Shown: in pieces, positions 30,164 through 40,589 of the stretch
Position numbering within the stretch: position 1 is the stretch's first letter
Layout: every line of letters starts with the position of its first letter
NCBI GenBank assembly: GCA_963718235.1
Contig: CAVQYR010000002.1
Span: forward strand, 842,244-906,243
DNA length: 64,000 bases
Source of the DNA: an uncultured Actinomycetota bacterium
GTDB taxonomy: Bacteria; Actinomycetota; Actinomycetes; JAHEKZ01
Direction of reading: 5' to 3'
Position numbers and translations under genes: made by a program
The notes under the pieces: model-generated
What the model saw: only the letters and a program-made list of their open reading frames with translations
Databases searched by the model: none
Told to the model about the DNA's origin: nothing

Positions 30164-31357
30164 GTGTCGTGGCTCGGCCGACTGCGCGGCGTCGTCATCT
30201 GGGCGTTGGCCCTGGCTGTGCCGGTCCTCTCGGTCTTCGCCTGGGTGGGGAGTCTCGGCGCCACCACGGTGTTCGCGCCGGCCACACAACGGGTCGTTCC
30301 CGCGGGGATCGGACTCGTCGGGATGACCGCGACGACCTTCGCCCTGGTCGGCGGGCTTATCGCTGTGCGAACCAGGCACAACGTCGTCGGCGGGCTGCTG
30401 CTCGGTATCGGCGGTTGGATCTCGATCACGCTGGCAGGCATGACGGCGGTTGCGTTGGACCTGCCGGGGGGCCAGTGGATGGAGTGGCTGACCAACTTCG
30501 CCTTGGTGTTTCCCCTGATTGCGTACCTGCTGCTGCTCTATCCGGACGGGCACCTGCTCAGTCGTCGATGGCGGCCGGCTCTGTGGCTCACCCATGTCTC
30601 GATGGTCGCAGCCGTCATCGGCGTCTTCGCAACTGCCTACGTGGCGGACGATGTGTACGCCTACGACAACCCGCTGCTGGTTCGTGCCCTGTCCGGCTCG
30701 GTGCTCGACAATTCGCTGCTTGCCTTCATTCTCTTCCCGTGTGCTCTCGTGCTTGGTACGGCGTCGTTCTTCGTTCGCTTCCGTGCAGCGCGCGACGTCG
30801 AACGAGCACAGGTGAAGTGGTTCGCGTTCGCTGCTGTGATCGTCCTCGCTGGGTATCTGTTCCAGATGGCAACCTGGCTGCTCACCGGCGCACTCGACGT
30901 AGATATCGCTGGACTTGGGCTCGTCGTCCTGGCCCTTTCCTTCAACGCCGTGCCGATCGCCTGCGGCTTCGCGATCTTGCGCTACCGGCTCTACGACATC
31001 GACCGAGTGGTCAGCCGCTCGGTCGCCTACGTGCTCGTCACCGGCGTCGTGCTGGCCGTCTATGCCCTCGTCATCGGGGTGACCACGACCTTCGTGTCCG
31101 CGGACTCCAACCTGGTCGTGGCGGGTGCCACGCTCGTGGCCGCGCTGGCCTTGGAGCCGACCCGGCGACGGGTCCAGACGCTCGTGGACCGACGGTTCAA
31201 CCGGGCTCACTACGACGCGATGCGGATCCTCGACGGCTTCGGCACGCGGCTGACGCGCGAGATCGACCCGACCACGGTCCGCGCGGACCTCCTCGACACG
31301 GTCACGCTCACGCTCCAACCACAGTCGGTGGCGGTGTGGACACACCGGCCGACGTGA
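30164..31357 (+). CDS. multi-pass membrane protein resembling a stand-alone histidine-kinase input domain
   Basis: About 10 TM segments; LLLYPDGHL..RRW, AILRYRLYDID, RRRVQ..VDRRFNR..YDA. No H-box or ATPase domain. Visibly lower GC3. Confidence 0.72.
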   Translation: MSWLGRLRGVVIWALALAVPVLSVFAWVGSLGATTVFAPATQRVVPAGIGLVGMTATTFALVGGLIAVRTRHNVVGGLLLGIGGWISITLAGMTAVALDLPGGQWMEWLTNFALVFPLIAYLLLLYPDGHLLSRRWRPALWLTHVSMVAAVIGVFATAYVADDVYAYDNPLLVRALSGSVLDNSLLAFILFPCALVLGTASFFVRFRAARDVERAQVKWFAFAAVIVLAGYLFQMATWLLTGALDVDIAGLGLVVLALSFNAVPIACGFAILRYRLYDIDRVVSRSVAYVLVTGVVLAVYALVIGVTTTFVSADSNLVVAGATLVAALALEPTRRRVQTLVDRRFNRAHYDAMRILDGFGTRLTREIDPTTVRADLLDTVTLTLQPQSVAVWTHRPT

Positions 31358-31414
31358 ACTGACGAGCCAGGCTCGAGACTTCACACCACTCTGGGAGCCC
31401 GGACGTGCGACGCG

Positions 31415-33487
31415 TCAACGCAGGTTGCGGACCCAGGTGCCGCCACGGTGGCCGGCATCGCGGACCCACTCCCAGCGCGCCCCAGCTGCGACGAGGACGC
31501 CACCGGCGACGGCGAACGAGACCCACTGCGGCAGGAAGCGGCCCAGCTCGACCAGCTGCACGGCGGTGACGATGAGGACCGCGAGGGCGGCCGGGGCCAG
31601 GACACCGGCCAGCCGCTGCCAGGCTCCCACCACGACCAGCCCTGTCCCGACGACGAACAGGCCGACGACGCGCACCTGGTACGCGGTACCTGGGTCCTCG
31701 CCCGCCCACCACTGGCTGGTGGCGGCGTCGAGCATGGCCAGCGTGGTGGGTGCGAGCAGCAGGGTGACTGCAGGACCGACGGTCACGAGGGTCGGAGTGG
31801 GTGTCGGACGGCGCACCCACCAGCAGAGGACACCGGCCACGGCCGCGACGGCGGCGAGGGCGAGCCCGTAGACCTCGGGCGCGATCGCCGGGTCGAGCGT
31901 GGTCACGCCGCCCAGGAGTGCCATCGACGCCGACCCGGCGAGGGCCCCGAGCCACACGCTCCACGCAGGCAGGTGACGACGAAGGGCCTCGAACCAGACG
32001 GCCAGCGCCAGAAGAGCCAGGGTGGCGGCGATACCGACCTGCACGTCGACGGGTGCCACCTGGTAGTCGCTGAGCACCGAGACGAGCCACACACCCAGTC
32101 CGGCCACCGCCGCTGCGAGGGCTGGGATCCCGCGCAGCCTGAGGGCGTGCGCGGTGAACCGATGGACCTCGGCCAGCACCACCAGCAAGCCGCCGATCGC
32201 CAGTCCGGCTACCAGGCCCCGCCACAGGTTCCAGGTGTCGGTCCAGGGAGCGACCAGGAAGCCCACGGCTGCGCCGAGAGGAATCGAGGCGACCAGCGCG
32301 ACCTCGTCCCGCCGGGCGCTGGCCACATGGACGCGGGCCCAGAGCACGAGGCCGGTGGCCGCCGCCAGGGCAAGCGCCGAACCCGGCCGGCTGGCCGGTT
32401 CGGCGACACCGGACACGAAGGCGCTCACGGCTGCGAACACGGTGATCACTGCCGCGACATAGCCGGGTTCGGGCCGGTGTCCGGGAAGCAGCCGCACCAG
32501 GAGCGCCTCGGCCGGAGCGAGGACGAGCAGCACCCCCGCGAAGAAGAGGGGGCGGACGGTGTCGTCGACCGTAGCCCGGTCGGCCACGAAGCCGGCGAGC
32601 ACGAGAGACCCGACGAGCAGGGAGAGCCCGGCCAGTGCCGGCCAGGTCACCACGGTCCACCGGTGGGCCAGCAGGAGCAGGACGAGGCTGCCGACCAGCA
32701 AGATGGCAGCGGGCCACCAGGCCCAGTGGTCGCCGAGCGGGAGGGCGTCGTCGACCGGCGCCGACGCCAGCACCCCCAGGGTGAGGGCGGCACCCACCAG
32801 TGCCCCCACCTCGCCGACGGCCTGCAGGCGGCTGCGGAGGACGACCCCCACCACCGTCAGCACCACTGCGGCCGTGAGGCTGGCGACCAGTGCTGCCGTC
32901 TCGCCGAGGGGGTCAGCGGCCAGCAGCCGGGTCGCGACGGCGCTCACGGCGACCAGCAGGGTGCCGACCATGCCGAGCGTCGTCGCGGTGCCGGGGAGAC
33001 GGTGGCGCAGTCGGACCCCGGCGACCAGGGCCAGCCCGCCGAGGAGGTAGAGGGTGAGCAGCTGCCCGGTCGGCCCCAGGGCGTCCCAGGCGAAGGCGAC
33101 GAACGCGATGCCGGCCAGCACCAGCAGGGTCGCGCCGCCGGCGAGCAGCAGGCTCCCGACACTGGGTGCGACCCGTTCCGGCCGCGCTGCGCGGGGCGAA
33201 GTCGTGGCGACCCCGAGGGTGCGCGGGAACTGCTTCTCCGCCAGCGCCGACCAGTGGTCGGCCGGCAGGTCCCCGGCCGAGAGCCGGTCGGTCAGCCACG
33301 TGGCGCGGTCCCTGGCCCAGTCCGACCACTCGGTCAGCTGCTGCCGCTCCACCAACGCGGCCACCGGCATCTCCCGGCCGCAGCTCGGGCAGGTGACCTG
33401 CGGACCCTCGGGCGGGGTGGCCAGAGCGGCGCCGCAGCCTGGGCACGACCACTGGGTGGTCGTGGAGGTGAGCTGGGCGGTCTCCAC
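31415..33487 (-). CDS. large multi-pass membrane protein with N-terminal zinc ribbon (DUF2157/SCO7613-like)
   Basis: CPGCG...CPSCG, LLLAGGATLLVLAGIAFVAFAW, C-terminal LPQWV..AVAG..L...GARWE. Start uncertain. Confidence 0.8.
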   Translation of the reverse strand: METAQLTSTTTQWSCPGCGAALATPPEGPQVTCPSCGREMPVAALVERQQLTEWSDWARDRATWLTDRLSAGDLPADHWSALAEKQFPRTLGVATTSPRAARPERVAPSVGSLLLAGGATLLVLAGIAFVAFAWDALGPTGQLLTLYLLGGLALVAGVRLRHRLPGTATTLGMVGTLLVAVSAVATRLLAADPLGETAALVASLTAAVVLTVVGVVLRSRLQAVGEVGALVGAALTLGVLASAPVDDALPLGDHWAWWPAAILLVGSLVLLLLAHRWTVVTWPALAGLSLLVGSLVLAGFVADRATVDDTVRPLFFAGVLLVLAPAEALLVRLLPGHRPEPGYVAAVITVFAAVSAFVSGVAEPASRPGSALALAAATGLVLWARVHVASARRDEVALVASIPLGAAVGFLVAPWTDTWNLWRGLVAGLAIGGLLVVLAEVHRFTAHALRLRGIPALAAAVAGLGVWLVSVLSDYQVAPVDVQVGIAATLALLALAVWFEALRRHLPAWSVWLGALAGSASMALLGGVTTLDPAIAPEVYGLALAAVAAVAGVLCWWVRRPTPTPTLVTVGPAVTLLLAPTTLAMLDAATSQWWAGEDPGTAYQVRVVGLFVVGTGLVVVGAWQRLAGVLAPAALAVLIVTAVQLVELGRFLPQWVSFAVAGGVLVAAGARWEWVRDAGHRGGTWVRNLR

Positions 33488-33552
33488 CCCTTCAGGCTGG
33501 CACGGTCGGCGGCGTGGGATTAGGGCCGAATGCCCCCCACTGGTAGCCTGAG

Positions 33553-33636
33553 CAGGCCGTTTGATCGGCCGCGGACGTCGAAGTGCCCGGGTGGACCTGC
33601 CCCGGAGCGCCGCGCAACGAGACACCGAGGAGATTC
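33553..33636 (+). promoter_or_regulatory. putative rpsO 5' leader (S15 autoregulatory RNA)
   Basis: TAGCCT -10 at 33544-33549, then hairpin GGCCG-TTTGAT-CGGCC and a GCGG...CCGC-closed stem ahead of the GAGGAG SD. Confidence 0.5.
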
Positions 33637-33906
33637 GTGTCGCTCGACACTGCCACCAAGAAGCAGATCATGACCGACTACGCCGTGCATGAGGGCGACA
33701 CCGGTTCCCCCGAGGTCCAGGTTGCCATTCTGAGCCGCCGCATCGCCGACCTGACCGAGCACCTCAAGAGCCACAAGCACGACCACCACAGCCGGCGCGG
33801 CCTGCTGCTCATGGTCGGTCAGCGCCGTCGGCTGTTGAACTACCTGTCCGACATCGACGTCGAGCGCTACCGCAGCCTCATCGCGCGGCTCGGTCTGCGC
33901 CGGTGA
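33637..33906 (+). CDS. rpsO: 30S ribosomal protein S15
   Basis: [34 protein letters not shown]; 89 aa. Confidence 0.98.
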   Translation: MSLDTATKKQIMTDYAVHEGDTGSPEVQVAILSRRIADLTEHLKSHKHDHHSRRGLLLMVGQRRRLLNYLSDIDVERYRSLIARLGLRR

Positions 33907-33911
33907 CCATC

Positions 33912-33950
33912 GAAGGGGAGTGACCCACAGGGCGCTCCCCTTCTGCTTTT
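33912..33950 (+). terminator. intrinsic terminator after rpsO
   Basis: GAAGGGGAGTG...CGCTCCCCTTC stem followed by TGCTTTT. Confidence 0.75.
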
Positions 33951-34030
33951 CCGCTCCACCTCAGCTCAGCATCATCAACTGAACAAACCGCCCTCGGGGT
34001 GGCACGTAGACGGGTTCGCCGTCGTCGTCG

Positions 34031-34092
34031 CCGGTCCTCGGTAGTGGCGCCCCGGGCCACCAGGTGTCCCGGGAGCCTCGATCGAAGACCGG
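34031..34092 (+). ncRNA. Actino-pnp cis-regulatory RNA motif
   Basis: CCGGTCCTCGGTAGTGGC...GCCTCGATCGAAGACCGG long stem-loop in the pnp 5' region, matching the known motif as recalled. Confidence 0.75.
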
Positions 34093-34147
34093 ACGCTCGA
34101 CCCGGACTCCTTGGCGTGCCTCCCCTTGACACCCAAGGAGGAGACCC

Positions 34148-36364
34148 ATGGAGGGTCCCGACGTGCAGTACAGCGAAGCCGTGATCGACAACGGGTCGTT
34201 CGGCAAGCGCATCATCAAGTTCGAAACCGGGCGTCTCGCCCGCCAGGCGGCCGGCTCGGCCGTCGCCTACCTCGACGACGACACCATGGTGCTGTCGGCG
34301 ACCACCGCGTCCAAGCGACCCAAGGACCAGCTGGACTTCTTCCCGCTGACCGTCGACGTCGAAGAGCGCATGTACGCGATCGGCAAGATCCCCGGCTCGT
34401 TCTTCCGCCGTGAGGGTCGGCCCAGCGAGGAGGCCATCCTCACCTGTCGGCTGATCGACCGGCCGCTGCGTCCCTCGTTCGCCAAGGGCCTGCGCAACGA
34501 GATCCAGATCGTCGAGACGATCATGTCGCTGAACCCCAACGACCTCTACGACGTCGTGGCGATCAACGCTGCCTCGATGTCGACCATGATCGCCGGGCTG
34601 CCGTTCAGCGGCCCGATCGGCGGGGTCCGGGTGGCCCTGATCGAGGGGCAGTGGGTGGCCTTCCCGACCCACGCCGACCTCGAGCAGGCCGTGTTCGACA
34701 TGGTCGTCGCCGGTCGCGTGGTCGGAGACGACGTCGCGATCATGATGGTCGAGGCCGAGGCCACCGACCAGACCGTGGCGCTCGTCGCCGATGGCGCCCT
34801 CGCGCCGACTGAGGAGGTCGTCGCCGCCGGACTCGAGGCGGCCAAGCCCTTCATCCGGGCGCTGTGCGACGCGCAGAGCGAGCTCGCCGCCAAGAACTCG
34901 AAGCCGGTGGGCGAGTTCCCTCGGTTCCTCGACTACCAGGACGACGTCTACGTCGCGGTCGAGTCGGCGGCCTCAGCCCCGCTCGCCGAGGCGCTGACGA
35001 TCGCCGGCAAGCAGGAGCGGGAGTCCACCCTCGACGCCGTCAAGGCGCAGGCCGTCGAGGACGTCGCGCCGAAGTTCGAGGGTCGCGAGAAGGAGATCAG
35101 CGCGGCGTTCCGTGCGCTGACCAAGAAGCTGGTCCGCCAGCGGATCCTGCGCGACAAGGTCCGGATCGACGGGCGCACGCCCACCGACATCCGCAGCCTG
35201 TCCGCCGAGGTCGGCGTCGTCCCACTGGCTCACGGCTCGGCCCTGTTCGAGCGCGGCGAGACCCAGATCCTGGGCGTCACCACGCTGAACATGCTGCGCA
35301 TGGAGCAGATGCTCGACACGCTGTCGCCGGAGAACCGCAAGCGCTACATGCACAACTACAACTTCCCGCCCTACTCGACCGGTGAGACCGGCCGGGTCGG
35401 TTCGCCCAAGCGCCGCGAGATCGGTCACGGCGCCCTGGCGGAGCGGGCGCTCAAGCCGGTGCTGCCCAGCCGCGAGGAGTTCCCCTACGCGCTTCGTCAG
35501 GTGTCGGAGGCACTCGGGTCCAACGGCTCGACGTCCATGGGCTCGGTGTGCGCCTCCACCTTGTCGCTGCTGAACGCCGGTGTGCCGCTCAGGGCGCCGG
35601 TGGCCGGCATCGCCATGGGCCTGGTGTCCGACGAGGTAGACGGGAAGACCGAGTACGTCGCACTGACCGACATCCTGGGTGCCGAGGACGCCTTCGGTGA
35701 CATGGACTTCAAGGTCGCCGGTACCAAGGACTTCGTGACGGCGCTGCAGCTGGACACCAAGCTCGACGGCATCCCGGCGTCAGTGCTCGCTGGTGCGCTG
35801 ACCCAGGCGAAGGACGCCCGGCTGACCATCCTCGCCGTGATGGCCGAGGCCATCGACGCACCCGACGAGATGGCTCCGAACGCCCCGCGCGTGATCAGCG
35901 TGAAGATCCCCGTCGACAAGATCGGTGAGGTCATCGGGCCGAAGGGCAAGATGATCAACTCCATCCAGGAGGACACCGGCGCCGACATCACGATCGAGGA
36001 CGACGGCACGATCTACATCGGTGCGGTCGACGGCCCCTCGGCCGAGGCCGCCCGGGTTGCCATCAACTCGATCGCGAACCCGACCATGCCGGAGATCGGC
36101 GAGCGCTACCTGGGCACCGTGGTCAAGACCACGACGTTCGGTGCGTTCATCTCGCTGATCCCGGGCAAGGACGGCCTCCTGCACATCTCCGAGGTCAAGA
36201 AGCTGGCCGGCAAGCCCCGGATCGACTCCGTCGACGAGGTGCTCAAGGTGGGCGACAAGGTCCGGGTCGAGATCAAGGACATCGACGACCGCGGCAAGCT
36301 GTCGCTCGCCCCCGTGCTGGAGGAGGCGGCCGACGCCGCAGCCCCCGCCGAGGTCCCTTCCTGA
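34148..36364 (+). CDS. pnp: polyribonucleotide nucleotidyltransferase
   Basis: [40 protein letters not shown]; KH and S1 domains. Confidence 0.98.
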   Translation: MEGPDVQYSEAVIDNGSFGKRIIKFETGRLARQAAGSAVAYLDDDTMVLSATTASKRPKDQLDFFPLTVDVEERMYAIGKIPGSFFRREGRPSEEAILTCRLIDRPLRPSFAKGLRNEIQIVETIMSLNPNDLYDVVAINAASMSTMIAGLPFSGPIGGVRVALIEGQWVAFPTHADLEQAVFDMVVAGRVVGDDVAIMMVEAEATDQTVALVADGALAPTEEVVAAGLEAAKPFIRALCDAQSELAAKNSKPVGEFPRFLDYQDDVYVAVESAASAPLAEALTIAGKQERESTLDAVKAQAVEDVAPKFEGREKEISAAFRALTKKLVRQRILRDKVRIDGRTPTDIRSLSAEVGVVPLAHGSALFERGETQILGVTTLNMLRMEQMLDTLSPENRKRYMHNYNFPPYSTGETGRVGSPKRREIGHGALAERALKPVLPSREEFPYALRQVSEALGSNGSTSMGSVCASTLSLLNAGVPLRAPVAGIAMGLVSDEVDGKTEYVALTDILGAEDAFGDMDFKVAGTKDFVTALQLDTKLDGIPASVLAGALTQAKDARLTILAVMAEAIDAPDEMAPNAPRVISVKIPVDKIGEVIGPKGKMINSIQEDTGADITIEDDGTIYIGAVDGPSAEAARVAINSIANPTMPEIGERYLGTVVKTTTFGAFISLIPGKDGLLHISEVKKLAGKPRIDSVDEVLKVGDKVRVEIKDIDDRGKLSLAPVLEEAADAAAPAEVPS

Positions 36365-36366
36365 CC

Positions 36367-37713
36367 GTGGGTCGCCAGCGAACCGCCGCCGAGCAGCGCC
36401 CCGGCAGCACGCTGACCTTGCACCACGGGAACGACGGCTCCGTGGTCAAGCGAACGGTGCTGCCGGGTGGGCTGCGGGTGGTCACCGAGTCGGTGCCTGC
36501 CGTGCGGTCGGTCTCGTTCGGGCTGTGGGTGGGGGTCGGCTCCCGCGACGAGCGCCCGTCGCAGGCCGGTGCCACGCACTACCTGGAGCACCTGCTGTTC
36601 AAGGGCACCAAGCGCCGGTCGGCGTTGGACATCTCGGCGTCGATCGACGCACTGGGCGGCGAGATGAACGCCTTCACCGCCAAGGAGTACACCTGCTACT
36701 ACGCGCGGGTGCTCGACGCCGACCTGCCCGTCGCCGTCGACGTCGTCACCGACATGGTCACCTCCTCGACGCTGATCGGTGGCGACATCGAGTCCGAGCG
36801 CGGTGTCATCTGCGAAGAGATCGCGATGCACGAGGACGACCCCGGCGGCGCCGTGCACGACACGTTTGCCGCGACCGTGTTCGGACCCAGTCCGCTCGGT
36901 CGACCGATCCTCGGCAGCGTGGAGTCCATCGAGACCCTCTCGGCGGAGTCGATCCGTCGCTACTACCGCCGCTGGTACCGACCTGAGCATGTCGTGGTCG
37001 CTGCGGCGGGCAACCTCGACCACGCCACGGTGGTCCGCCTGGTGCGCAAGGCCTTCCGCGAGGCTGGGGTCGACCTCGCGGGCGACACCCGCCCCGCCGC
37101 CCCGAGGCTGGGTGGTCGCAAGCCTGCCTACGGCCCCACGGTGCAGCTGGAGCCACGCACGAGCGAGCAGGCCAACCTGGTCCTGGGCATGCCGGGGATC
37201 AGCCGCACCGACGACCGGCGGTTCGCCCTCGGCGTGCTGAACGCGGCGCTCGGTGGCGGCATGAGCAGCCGACTGTTCCAGGAGGTGCGCGAGAAGCGTG
37301 GCCTGGCGTACTCGGTGTACTCCTACAGCTCCCAGTTCGCCGACACCGGGCTGTTCGGCGTCTACGCGGGATGTCTCCCGCAGAAGCTCGACGAGGTGCT
37401 GGACCTCTGTCTGGGCGAGCTGGTCGAGGTGGCCGAGCACGGCATCACCGACGACGAGCTGGCCCGGGGCCAGGGTCAGCTGCGTGGTGGGCTCGTCCTG
37501 GGCCTGGAGGACACCGGTTCGCGGATGACCCGGATCGGCAAGAGCGAGCTCGTGCACGGCGAGCTGCTCGGCGTCGACGAGCTGCTCGACCGGATCGACG
37601 CCGTCACCCTCGACGACGTGCGCGCTGTGGCCGCCGACGTCCTGGGTGCCGCCCCGTCGTTGGCCGTGATCGGACCCTTCGAGCCCGACCGGGTGTTCGC
37701 CGCCGTCGGATGA
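36367..37713 (+). CDS. M16-family zinc peptidase
   Basis: Inverted zincin HYLEHLLFKGT, NAFT.KEYTCYY, GGGMSSRLFQEVREKRGLAYSVYS. Confidence 0.94.
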   Translation: MGRQRTAAEQRPGSTLTLHHGNDGSVVKRTVLPGGLRVVTESVPAVRSVSFGLWVGVGSRDERPSQAGATHYLEHLLFKGTKRRSALDISASIDALGGEMNAFTAKEYTCYYARVLDADLPVAVDVVTDMVTSSTLIGGDIESERGVICEEIAMHEDDPGGAVHDTFAATVFGPSPLGRPILGSVESIETLSAESIRRYYRRWYRPEHVVVAAAGNLDHATVVRLVRKAFREAGVDLAGDTRPAAPRLGGRKPAYGPTVQLEPRTSEQANLVLGMPGISRTDDRRFALGVLNAALGGGMSSRLFQEVREKRGLAYSVYSYSSQFADTGLFGVYAGCLPQKLDEVLDLCLGELVEVAEHGITDDELARGQGQLRGGLVLGLEDTGSRMTRIGKSELVHGELLGVDELLDRIDAVTLDDVRAVAADVLGAAPSLAVIGPFEPDRVFAAVG

Positions 37714-38480
37714 CCGACCGCCAGGGAGGCGCTGTGGTACGCGTGGCCGTGATCGGCGCAGCCGGTCGCATGGGACGAGCGGTCTGCGGCGCTGTGCGCG
37801 AGGCCGACGGTCTCGAGCTCGTCGCGTCGATCGACCGCTCCGGGTCGGTCGACGACGCCGTGGCGGCAGGCGCGGAGGTCCTCGTCGACTTCACCACACC
37901 GGCGACCAGCCCCGCTCTCGTGAGCGAGGCGGTCTCCCGTGGCCTGAACGTTGTCGTCGGAACGAGCGGCTACGACGAGACCCGGCTGCAGCAGGTGCGC
38001 GACACCCTGGCCCAGCACACCGCCGTTGGTGTGGTCGTGGCCCCCAACTTTGCCCTCGGCGCAGTGCTGCTCATGAGGTTCGCCCGCGAGGCCGCCCCAT
38101 GGTTCGAGTCGGTCGAGATCGTCGAGCTGCACCACCCCGACAAGCTCGACGCACCGTCCGGAACCGCGAGCCACACCGCCCACGAGATCGCTGCGGCACG
38201 CCGTGGCGCGGGACTTCCGCCGGCTCCCGACGCCACGACGACCACTCTGCCGGGCGCCCGCGGCGCCGACGTCGAGGGCATCCCGGTCCACTCGGTCCGG
38301 CTGCGTGGTCTCGTGGCCCACGAGGAGGTCCTCCTCGGCAACGCCGGCGAGGCCCTGACCGTGCGCCACGACTCCTTCGACCGCGCGTCGTTCATGCCCG
38401 GGGTGCTGCTGGCGGTGCGCGAGGTGCCGTCGCGTCCCGGACTGACGGTCGGACTGGAACCGCTCCTCCAGCTCGGCTGA
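37710..38480 (+). CDS. dapB: 4-hydroxy-tetrahydrodipicolinate reductase
   Basis: GAAGRMG, VDFT, ELHHPDKLDAPSGTA, RHDSFDRASFMPGV. Alternative GTG start at 37734. Confidence 0.96.
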   Translation: MTDRQGGAVVRVAVIGAAGRMGRAVCGAVREADGLELVASIDRSGSVDDAVAAGAEVLVDFTTPATSPALVSEAVSRGLNVVVGTSGYDETRLQQVRDTLAQHTAVGVVVAPNFALGAVLLMRFAREAAPWFESVEIVELHHPDKLDAPSGTASHTAHEIAAARRGAGLPPAPDATTTTLPGARGADVEGIPVHSVRLRGLVAHEEVLLGNAGEALTVRHDSFDRASFMPGVLLAVREVPSRPGLTVGLEPLLQLG

Positions 38481-38484
38481 CCCC

Positions 38485-38934
38485 GTGACCGCCCGCCGCG
38501 TCGTCTTCGTCCTGCTGCTGGCCACCGCGGTGTACCTGCTGCTGCTCGGCCAACGCGCCTGGCTGCTGCTCACCTCCGGTGAGCCTCTGGGTGTCGGGCT
38601 CGGGGTCGGCGTCTTGCTGGTCCCCGTCGTGGGCACGGTGCTGGTGGTCAAGGAGGTGCAGTTCGGTCTCGCCACGCAGCGCCTTGCTCGTCGGCTCGGC
38701 GCCGAGGGCGGGCTGCCGGTCGACGACCTGCCGCGCAGGGCCAGCGGTCGGGTCGACCGGGCGGCTGCCGACCAGGCGTTCGAGCGCTGCCGGGTCGACG
38801 TCGAGGCGCACCCGGACGACTGGGGCTCGTGGTACCGCCTCGGCGTCGCGTACGACGATGCCGGCGACCGACGTCGGGCCCGCTCGTCGATGCGCCAGGC
38901 GATCGCTCTGGAGCAGGCGCAGTCCGGCAGCTGA
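38485..38934 (+). CDS. small membrane protein with C-terminal TPR-like motif
   Basis: Two TM helices, then LPRRASGRVDR..AD..F...PDDWGSWYRLGVAYDDAGDRRRAR. Usual dapB neighbour. Confidence 0.85.
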   Translation: MTARRVVFVLLLATAVYLLLLGQRAWLLLTSGEPLGVGLGVGVLLVPVVGTVLVVKEVQFGLATQRLARRLGAEGGLPVDDLPRRASGRVDRAAADQAFERCRVDVEAHPDDWGSWYRLGVAYDDAGDRRRARSSMRQAIALEQAQSGS

Positions 38935-38955
38935 CCGTGCCCAGGCTCGGTGCCG

Positions 38956-39258
38956 TCAGCCGGCGACGGCGCGAAGCCCCGCGGCCACAGCAGCAGCGCC
39001 CACGACCACCACCAGGAACGGTGCTCGCAGCAGCAGGGCGACGACAGCGAAGGCGAGACCGGCCGCTCGGGCGTCGAGGACCAGGGTGGTGCCGGAGACG
39101 AAGACCTGGACGGCGGTGAGCGCAGCCAGCAGCGCGACCGGGACCAAGGTGGCGATCCGACGCACCCGGGGACGGTCCAGCGTCTGCTGGGAGACCGAGA
39201 GCCCGAGCAGCTTCAACAGGTACGCGCCCAGCGAGGTGGCCAGGACCGCGGGCCACAT
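38956..39258 (-). CDS. azlD: AzlD-domain branched-chain amino acid exporter subunit
   Basis: MWPAVL...YLLKLLGLSV...LVPVALLAALTAVQ...RAPFLVVVV. Confidence 0.85.
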   Translation of the reverse strand: MWPAVLATSLGAYLLKLLGLSVSQQTLDRPRVRRIATLVPVALLAALTAVQVFVSGTTLVLDARAAGLAFAVVALLLRAPFLVVVVGAAAVAAGLRAVAG

Positions 39259-39977
39259 CAGCCGCTCCCCGCCGGTGCGCGGTCCGGGTCTCCTCGGCGC
39301 GGCGCCGGCCAGGCGACGACGACCGCTACGGCAGCGGCCAGCAGCACCGGGACGCCCGGGGGGAGGAGTGGGGTCAGCGCGAGCGCCACGGCGGCGCCGA
39401 GGGCGGCGGTGACCCGGGCGTTGCGTTCGCCCAGCCGGGGCCACAGCAGGGCCAGGAAGGCGGCCCCGACCGCGGCGTCGAGCCCGAACGTCTGCGGGTC
39501 CCCGATCGCCTCGGCGCCGAGCGCGCCCAGGGCGGTGGCGGTGTTCCAGCACACGAAGACCGCCACTCCCGTCGACCAGAAGCCCAACCGCGCAGCGCGG
39601 GGACCGGGCTGGCTGATCGTCATGGCGGTGGACTCGTCGATGACGAGGTGTGCAGCGAGCAGCCGACGGGCGCCATGGACCTGCAGGAGAGGTGCCAGTG
39701 ACAGCCCGTAGAGCGAGTTGCGGACTCCGAGGAACAGGGCTGCGAGCACACCGGCCAACGCGGAGCCGCCCGCTCCGATCACCCCGACGAGTGCGAACTG
39801 GCTGGCCCCGGTGAAGGTCAGGCTCGACAGGGCCATCGTCTGGCCGAGGCTGAACCCCGAGGTGACGGCGAGCGCCCCGAACGACAACCCGTAGGTGCCG
39901 ACCGCGACGCCGATGCTGGTCGCGTCGACGAGGATCCGCCGGTGCTCCTGCCGCCGAGCCGATGCCTCGTCGGTCAC
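39258..39977 (-). CDS. azlC: AzlC-family exporter permease
   Basis: YGLSFGALA, FTGASQFA, RNSLYG, IDESTAM, GLDAA...FLALL. Confidence 0.9.
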   Translation of the reverse strand: MTDEASARRQEHRRILVDATSIGVAVGTYGLSFGALAVTSGFSLGQTMALSSLTFTGASQFALVGVIGAGGSALAGVLAALFLGVRNSLYGLSLAPLLQVHGARRLLAAHLVIDESTAMTISQPGPRAARLGFWSTGVAVFVCWNTATALGALGAEAIGDPQTFGLDAAVGAAFLALLWPRLGERNARVTAALGAAVALALTPLLPPGVPVLLAAAVAVVVAWPAPRRGDPDRAPAGSG

Positions 39978-40540
39978 GCAGGGTCCTGGCGCACGTCGGT
40001 GGCGAACCTCAGCTCGCGCACGACGTGACCGTCGAGCTCGACCGTCCGGTGCGCACCGTCGGGCGCCCATCCGGAGTCGACGAGCCAGGTGCGTGCGTCG
40101 TCGTCGGACGCCGGGACCCACGTCACGAGCGTGGGCACGCCGCCCGCGCGGACGAGATCGACCACGGCTGCCATCAGCCGGGAGCCGTGGCCGCTTCCTC
40201 GGTGCTCCGGGTCGACCACCAGGAGGGCCAGCTCGTCGGCCAGCGACTCGTCGGAGTCGTCCGCGGCCACGGTCTCGGACAGGTCCGGGTCGTCGGCGGG
40301 GGTGGTCGCCGCGCCCCCGACCACGGTGTCGCCGTCCAGCGCGACGAGCAGCCGGTGGCGTGGGGTGGGCGGAAGCAGCACCGCGCGCTCCCAGCTGCGC
40401 CGCATCGCGTCCGGGTCGAGGTCCTCGACGTCGGGGACGGCCCAGAGACCGGTCGGCAGCGACTGCCAGGTCCGTCGCTGCACCTCGACGAGGGCCGACA
40501 CGTCGACCAGCCGCCCGCGCCGCACGCTCAAGTCAGCCAT
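39974..40540 (-). CDS. GNAT acetyltransferase
   Basis: VDPEHRGSGHGSRLM acetyl-CoA-binding motif; GWAPDG. Confidence 0.85.
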   Translation of the reverse strand: MADLSVRRGRLVDVSALVEVQRRTWQSLPTGLWAVPDVEDLDPDAMRRSWERAVLLPPTPRHRLLVALDGDTVVGGAATTPADDPDLSETVAADDSDESLADELALLVVDPEHRGSGHGSRLMAAVVDLVRAGGVPTLVTWVPASDDDARTWLVDSGWAPDGAHRTVELDGHVVRELRFATDVRQDPA

Positions 40541-40589
40541 GGCCGCATCCTCTCAACCGCCCACAGGTGCGGGGCTAGGGTGACCCGCC

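Noticed and set aside
33553-34092. rpsO leader and pnp leader as novel RNAs
   Set aside because: They correspond to already described actinobacterial cis-regulatory elements, so they are listed as features only.
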